Origin: a virus
Reading direction: 5' to 3' (one strand)
DNA: 64,000 bases
Virus record (IMG/VR): IMGVR_UViG_3300045995_000532
Location: 1 to 64,000 of that record
Shown here: positions 59,059 to 64,000 of the stretch, piece after piece
Numbering within the stretch: the stretch's first letter is position 1
How the letters are laid out: every line of letters starts with the position of its first letter
Notes under the pieces: generated by a model
Seen by the model: only the letters and a program-made list of their open reading frames with translations
Database searches by the model: none
Told to the model about the DNA's origin: nothing
Program-made: the position numbers and the translations under genes

Positions 59059-61337
59059 CAGGGCGTCTCCCCCAGTCCGCCACGGGACCACTCGGGGCCG
59101 CCCTGAAGAGTGTCGACGTAAGCGATCGTCGTGGAGTTCAACGTAGCCTTGTCCATCGCCCATTTTCCGTCGGGGTCGTCACCGAGCCAGTATGTGGCCA
59201 ACGTGTACTCCCAGTTGCCGCTCGACAGGTCGTTGTTGCTGCTGATGCCCTTGACGTAGTGGACGAACCCTTCCGAGGTGGTGCGCTCGAAGACCTGGAT
59301 CTGGTCGTCGATCTGGATCCCTGGGAACGCAGAGATGATGACCCGGTCTTGGCGGTACGTGAAGAGTTGGCGGACGGCGATCAGGTCGGCCATCACGCGC
59401 GCCTCGCCGATGTTCGCCAGGTGCTGGTCGGTCCATCCGGAGATGCGCCGCATGCCGGTCGGGTTGGGGTTGTAGCCGCCGACCATTGCCCCCAGCTTCC
59501 CCACCTCGTTGGCAACAAAGATCCCCTCACGAACGTTGCGCGACTGGATCGAAGCGTCCAGACCAAGAAGCACCTGGCGCTCGTCGATAGTGAACAAGCG
59601 GTTCGTACGGCCCGGGTTGGGTGCCATTCCGCCGATCCAATTGCCCTTCGACCAAATATTCGGCATGCGCCATTGAGCCGCGCCGGTCTCGTCAATGAAG
59701 AATATAAACCCCACCATATCAGCCACGTAGCGAATCGTGTCAGCAAGACTTTTCTTATCAAAGTTCGCCGCGGTCATCTGCTCCGGAGGTGCCGTTCCTG
59801 TCTGTAGAAAATCACCCCAGACGCGACCCGGGACAACAGCACCCAGCACATCGGTATCCGGGCAAGCCGGAGCGAGAAGGTGCCGGCTTCCGTCGCTGTG
59901 CAACTGATAGGAGTCCGACGGCCAGTAAAGCCCTGCCCACGCGCAGCAGAGCTTCACTATGTCCGTAAAATCCAGGATCATGCCGGGGTTCGACCCTGCC
60001 GGCCCCGGCGTAAGGTTGACCTGGGAAATGTCGGTAACAACATTGGAGCGATTGACCGGGCCCCACGCGGCAACCTCACGGATCCCCGCACGGTACTTCT
60101 GCCCCGGCAATCCGAAGTCCTGCAAGTTGCCGAGCCATAAACGGACCAACTGAACCTCGGCGATCGGACCAATCTCGATGACATGCTCTCCCTCACCGCC
60201 CAAGCCGCCCACCGACGCCACGTATGGAACTCCGACTTCATACCGGCCACGACCGTCCCGCTCGTAGGGCATCCGCGCCCCCCCCACCCAGGCCCCGCCC
60301 ACCTTCACGGAGATGTACGCGTTGTAGCCGGAGCCAACAGTCCAGAAGCGAACCTGCGAGACGGTGCCGGAGACTGCGAAGTCGACGTACTCGTACGCGG
60401 AGCGATACCCCGACGACGCGTTGCCGACGCTGAGCCAATAGCTTGCTGGGTTGTTATCGAACGCCTCCGCCAACGCATGCCCATAGACCCTGGCCCCCAC
60501 GTACGCACTCTCCGGCCACAGATCATCACCGCTGCCGACCGCGGACGCGGCCAGGCGTTCGGTGTTGTTCGTTGTCACGGTCCGCTGAGTCTGGGTGGTG
60601 ATCTTCTCCGACCAGTCACGGAACGTCGTCGGGTAGAAGTCGTCCGGGACGACGGGCAGGAAACTCATCTGATCCATGAGGAGTCGCCCCGTATCGCGAC
60701 AGGTGCACGACAACGTGCCATCAGCGGAAAGCTTGACCTCATCGATCATCCAGACCCCGGTCAATGTCAGGTGCGGATCAACCTCAGGTGCCACGCTGGC
60801 GTCAAACCCGTAGCCTTCAAATGTGCGTAAAATGTTGTCCGGCATCAGCATATTCACCCACTCGTTCGGGGTATGCCCCCAACGTGCGGAGAACTTCGCC
60901 GTGCCGCGGCCCGCCGTAAAATATCCGGGACGGTCCAGGTCCATGTTTTGTGGCTTCTGGCCCAGCGGCAGCGGCGAGGTGTTGTAGAACTCGATGGTGG
61001 CCGACGCGACGTCGGTGTCAGTGGAGCGTGACCAGGAGATGCTGGCGACGTTGGGGAGCTCCTTCGGCGCATCCTCAGCCGTAAACAAGAAGTCGGCGTA
61101 CGTGTTAGTGATGGGCTCACCGTGGGTGGGGTCAATCCCTGACGGGTACGGGTTGAACGACGGTACGTCGCCGCCGAAGATGGCCGGCACCCGGCGGAAC
61201 GTCGACTGCATCGCGAACGTGTCCAGACGCATCTTCGGGTGCTGCACGGTGACCCGCCCGAACGGGCGCCGCTTGCTCCCCGTATAGTCCCCCGAGCGCC
61301 AGATCTTCTCCATGTCGTCCGGCAGGTTGCCCCTCAC
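59058..61337 (-). CDS. Large tail/baseplate hub-like protein with inserted discoidin-like domain
   Basis: Follows tape measure and Dit-like gene; AFDNNPASYW and IREV motifs; start uncertain. Confidence 0.7.
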   Translation of the reverse strand: MRGNLPDDMEKIWRSGDYTGSKRRPFGRVTVQHPKMRLDTFAMQSTFRRVPAIFGGDVPSFNPYPSGIDPTHGEPITNTYADFLFTAEDAPKELPNVASISWSRSTDTDVASATIEFYNTSPLPLGQKPQNMDLDRPGYFTAGRGTAKFSARWGHTPNEWVNMLMPDNILRTFEGYGFDASVAPEVDPHLTLTGVWMIDEVKLSADGTLSCTCRDTGRLLMDQMSFLPVVPDDFYPTTFRDWSEKITTQTQRTVTTNNTERLAASAVGSGDDLWPESAYVGARVYGHALAEAFDNNPASYWLSVGNASSGYRSAYEYVDFAVSGTVSQVRFWTVGSGYNAYISVKVGGAWVGGARMPYERDGRGRYEVGVPYVASVGGLGGEGEHVIEIGPIAEVQLVRLWLGNLQDFGLPGQKYRAGIREVAAWGPVNRSNVVTDISQVNLTPGPAGSNPGMILDFTDIVKLCCAWAGLYWPSDSYQLHSDGSRHLLAPACPDTDVLGAVVPGRVWGDFLQTGTAPPEQMTAANFDKKSLADTIRYVADMVGFIFFIDETGAAQWRMPNIWSKGNWIGGMAPNPGRTNRLFTIDERQVLLGLDASIQSRNVREGIFVANEVGKLGAMVGGYNPNPTGMRRISGWTDQHLANIGEARVMADLIAVRQLFTYRQDRVIISAFPGIQIDDQIQVFERTTSEGFVHYVKGISSNNDLSSGNWEYTLATYWLGDDPDGKWAMDKATLNSTTIAYVDTLQGGPEWSRGGLGETP

Positions 61338-61768
61338 GGCGTCGGCCCCCCGTCGCCGACAGTTGCACTGGACACCGAGATGACGATGGCCGTGATGGTG
61401 TACGTGTGATACCAGTAGCGACCCACGCGCATCTTGTCCCCCGGATCCGGTTTGAACTCCTGCAGCACAAGAATGAGCCGACGCCCGAAATGGTCCCAGA
61501 GGAACAGCCTGCCTTGGCGGTCGTAGACCCAAGACCGCAACGCCTCATAATGGGCAGCATCCTTGATGGCCCCCGTGAACGACCAGCTGGACGGCTGGCG
61601 CATCCCCTCCCACATGAGCACCTGCCCGTCGACGGCCGTCGTGCCCTTGGAGGTGATCGTGCGGATCGGGAACGGCGACGTCATGGCGTGCGGGTTCCAC
61701 GCGAACGTGTACGTGCCGGCCGGCGTCGGATCACTAGGATCCTGGAACTTCCAGCGGAGGACGCCCAT
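61334..61768 (-). CDS. Distal-tail-like protein
   Basis: Immediately after tape measure; YTF.WNP, WSFTG, DHFGR. Confidence 0.6.
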   Translation of the reverse strand: MGVLRWKFQDPSDPTPAGTYTFAWNPHAMTSPFPIRTITSKGTTAVDGQVLMWEGMRQPSSWSFTGAIKDAAHYEALRSWVYDRQGRLFLWDHFGRRLILVLQEFKPDPGDKMRVGRYWYHTYTITAIVISVSSATVGDGGPTP

Positions 61769-64000
61769 CAGATCTTCCTTCCGGTGGAGGCCATGACGAC
61801 CTGCGCGCCAGCCCCGAGATACGTCTTCAGGTACTCGACCACCTGCTCGAGCGGGGCGCCGTTGATGTTCACCACGTTGTTCGAGTTGGAGTAGTCACCC
61901 ACCTGGGTGGGCGCGCCCGACTGCATGGCACGGCGCACCTCGTAAATGGTGGGCAGCTTGATGTCCCCGATGTTGAACTGCCCCTGCAGCGCGTCGCCCG
62001 CCGACTTCAGCAGCTTGTCAACCTGGTCGAGATCTTCCTGCTGCTGGCGGGTCTTCACGGCGATTGCCGCCAGCCGGTCATGCTCGCTCTGCAGGTAGCC
62101 GATGTACGCCGTGTGGGTGATCCGACCCAGGTCTTCAGCGGTCTGCAGGTCGGAGATGCGCTGGCTGAACGCCGCCTGCTCTGCCGATGCCTGCGTGTGC
62201 TTCAAGTCCAGGGAGTCCTGGCTGAGTGTGTCGACACCCTGCCCAGATGCCCGATCTGCAGCGAGCTGGTCCTGGGCCTTCTTGACATCGTTGATCGCCT
62301 GCGCCACTGGGTCAGTGATGTCCGACCCCAGCTGGCGGAGCCGGTCTACCTGGTCGCGTTCCTGCTGAGCGAACTCAGCCTTCGCCTCCACCAGCGCAGT
62401 CGACGCGTTCCAGTAGTCCTCAGTGCCCACCCTCGTCAGACCCAGATTCCGCGTCGCAATCTCGATACCAACCTTGGCCTTGTCGATGCCGGACCGGTCG
62501 CCGGCGATCGAGTGGCTGTCGACCGAGTTGGCGATCCCAACCACATTTGCGGCCTGCTGAAGGTTCAGTTGCGTGATCTGGTCCCGATACTGGCCCGCCT
62601 GCGCATCCCCCGCCGGCAACTGAGCCATCAAGTTTTGCGTGTTGGCGATCTCCTGGGCTGTCCGGGCGAGCTTGTCGCGAGGGTCAATGTTGGCCATCCG
62701 GTTGGCATTTTGCCCGGCGATGACGGCGCTTACGTACGCGTACTGAGCGTCCGTGACCGCCTTCTGTCCTGCCGAAAAAGCGGCCGTATCCTTCGTGAGC
62801 ACCGTCAGTGCGAGCTTGGCGTTATCTAGTGAGGCGGCCGCCATGCCAATCGAGTCGCCAGGGTTGATGTTCTTCAGGTTATTGTTCTGCTGCCGGCTCA
62901 GCGACTCCATCTTGTCGCTGTAGTCCTTCGTGTTCTGAGCTTGCTGGGTAGCCATCTCCCCGGCGGCAAGTTGGGAGTTCAGTGCGGCAACCCGGTCCGC
63001 CGCAGATTGTTCGATCGCGGCCTGCGCGGCTGCCGCTTTTTTATATGGGCGAGAATCGTTGTCGTTTAACTTCCCTTTTGGCCACGGATTTTGCGCCAAT
63101 TGAGCCTCAGTGTCTGAGGAGATCTTCGCCATACCTTCACTGCGAATGTTAGCTTGCTGCGTTCTTTCTGCATCGAGAACAGACTGGTCAATTGCGTTCG
63201 CGCCGTGGATGTTGTCTGGAGTCAGATAAGACTTCTGCATGCCTGCAGCCGCCTGTAGATCGGTTACATTTGCATTGTACACGGCTACCTGCCCGGCGGT
63301 AACCTGGGCACCCGCGTGAGTCAGAATCCTTGCATCCTTCTCAGTCACGTAAGGGTGACTTTTGATGATCTTAGTCGCCTTGTCTTGCGCTTCTTGTAGG
63401 CCTTTAAGACCTACTGCTGCGCCCTGCGACTTACTGCCCGTATCAGCCTCAACTCCAGCTGCGGCTGCCGCTGCCTGGGTCGCCAACCCGTCAAAGATTA
63501 TCGCTGCGTCGAGCTTTTGAGGACTGTATGTTTTCAACATCTCAGTGATCTTTTCCCCGACGAGCGAGTTTAGTTTTGCTTTTCCCTCCGGCGTCAGGCC
63601 AGGCGCCGCTTTATCTGCTACGTCCTGCGACGTCGCAATAAGCGTATTCAGCTCATCCGGGGTAATGACGTTATCTGCAAGAACAGACTGAAGGCGTGAT
63701 GAAATATTTCTTTGAATTGCGTCAGATACTGCTTTGCTCTGATCTGCGCTCAATAGCGTTGCGTCAGAGTTGCCTTGAGCTTCCGCTGCCATCTTCACAG
63801 TCTTATACTGATCAGCCCCAGGAGGCGGGCCAGCAGGATCAACCTGCCCATTCGGAAGATACCTAGTGGCAGCAAGAGGATCGGGCGTGACGTTACTCGC
63901 GAAGAATCCGGCCGTATCGCCAATTGCAGAAAGTGTTGCAGAACCGATGTCAAGAACCAGTTGATCTCGCTGCGCAGGTGAAACGACAGCGACGGCATTC
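61768..64000 (-). CDS. Tape measure protein, C-terminal part (5' end outside window)
   Basis: Long Ala/Gln-rich helical ORF; frame stays open from 63798 to the window edge; NNVVNING C-terminal motif. Confidence 0.8.
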   Translation of the reverse strand, partial: NAVAVVSPAQRDQLVLDIGSATLSAIGDTAGFFASNVTPDPLAATRYLPNGQVDPAGPPPGADQYKTVKMAAEAQGNSDATLLSADQSKAVSDAIQRNISSRLQSVLADNVITPDELNTLIATSQDVADKAAPGLTPEGKAKLNSLVGEKITEMLKTYSPQKLDAAIIFDGLATQAAAAAAGVEADTGSKSQGAAVGLKGLQEAQDKATKIIKSHPYVTEKDARILTHAGAQVTAGQVAVYNANVTDLQAAAGMQKSYLTPDNIHGANAIDQSVLDAERTQQANIRSEGMAKISSDTEAQLAQNPWPKGKLNDNDSRPYKKAAAAQAAIEQSAADRVAALNSQLAAGEMATQQAQNTKDYSDKMESLSRQQNNNLKNINPGDSIGMAAASLDNAKLALTVLTKDTAAFSAGQKAVTDAQYAYVSAVIAGQNANRMANIDPRDKLARTAQEIANTQNLMAQLPAGDAQAGQYRDQITQLNLQQAANVVGIANSVDSHSIAGDRSGIDKAKVGIEIATRNLGLTRVGTEDYWNASTALVEAKAEFAQQERDQVDRLRQLGSDITDPVAQAINDVKKAQDQLAADRASGQGVDTLSQDSLDLKHTQASAEQAAFSQRISDLQTAEDLGRITHTAYIGYLQSEHDRLAAIAVKTRQQQEDLDQVDKLLKSAGDALQGQFNIGDIKLPTIYEVRRAMQSGAPTQVGDYSNSNNVVNINGAPLEQVVEYLKTYLGAGAQVVMASTGRKI

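Noticed and set aside
63795-63998. Separate 67-aa gene upstream of tape measure
   Set aside because: The tape measure frame is itself open to the window edge, so this is an out-of-frame shadow

Overview
High-GC actinobacterial (probably Micrococcales; the DnaN and DUF4192 sequences look Cellulomonas-like from memory) tailed-phage genome segment that also carries a plasmid maintenance module, i.e. a probable phage-plasmid. Layout: (1) 1-2250 palindrome- and GGGCCC-repeat-rich region with one odd minus-strand ORF; (2) ~2200-5760 largely non-coding, hairpin-dense region with a repeated YTTC-N12-GTGCR motif; (3) ~3840-29800 plus-strand arm of many small genes plus phosphoesterase, DUF3560, broken DUF4192, DUF932, C5 methyltransferase with a nested alternative-frame ORF, beta clamp, Ku, ATP-dependent ligase, RuvB-like ATPase, Lsr2 and a MazF-type TA pair; (4) ~30400-53300 minus-strand arm with three more methyltransferases, ParA plus partner, Rep plus RHH regulator, Phd-RelE TA pair, MazG, WhiB, RuvC, primase-helicase, SSB-like, AAA ATPase, EndoVII and PD-(D/E)XK nuclease; (5) 54140-64000 minus-strand tail module (tape measure runs off the right edge) with a duplicated two-gene cassette. 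Most notable unexplained signals: four dispersed ~32-bp inverted-arm sites with an oriented 6-bp spacer, the structured non-coding early region, and the Ku+ligase+RuvB+RuvC repair set. All protein calls are from motif recognition by eye; no searches were run.
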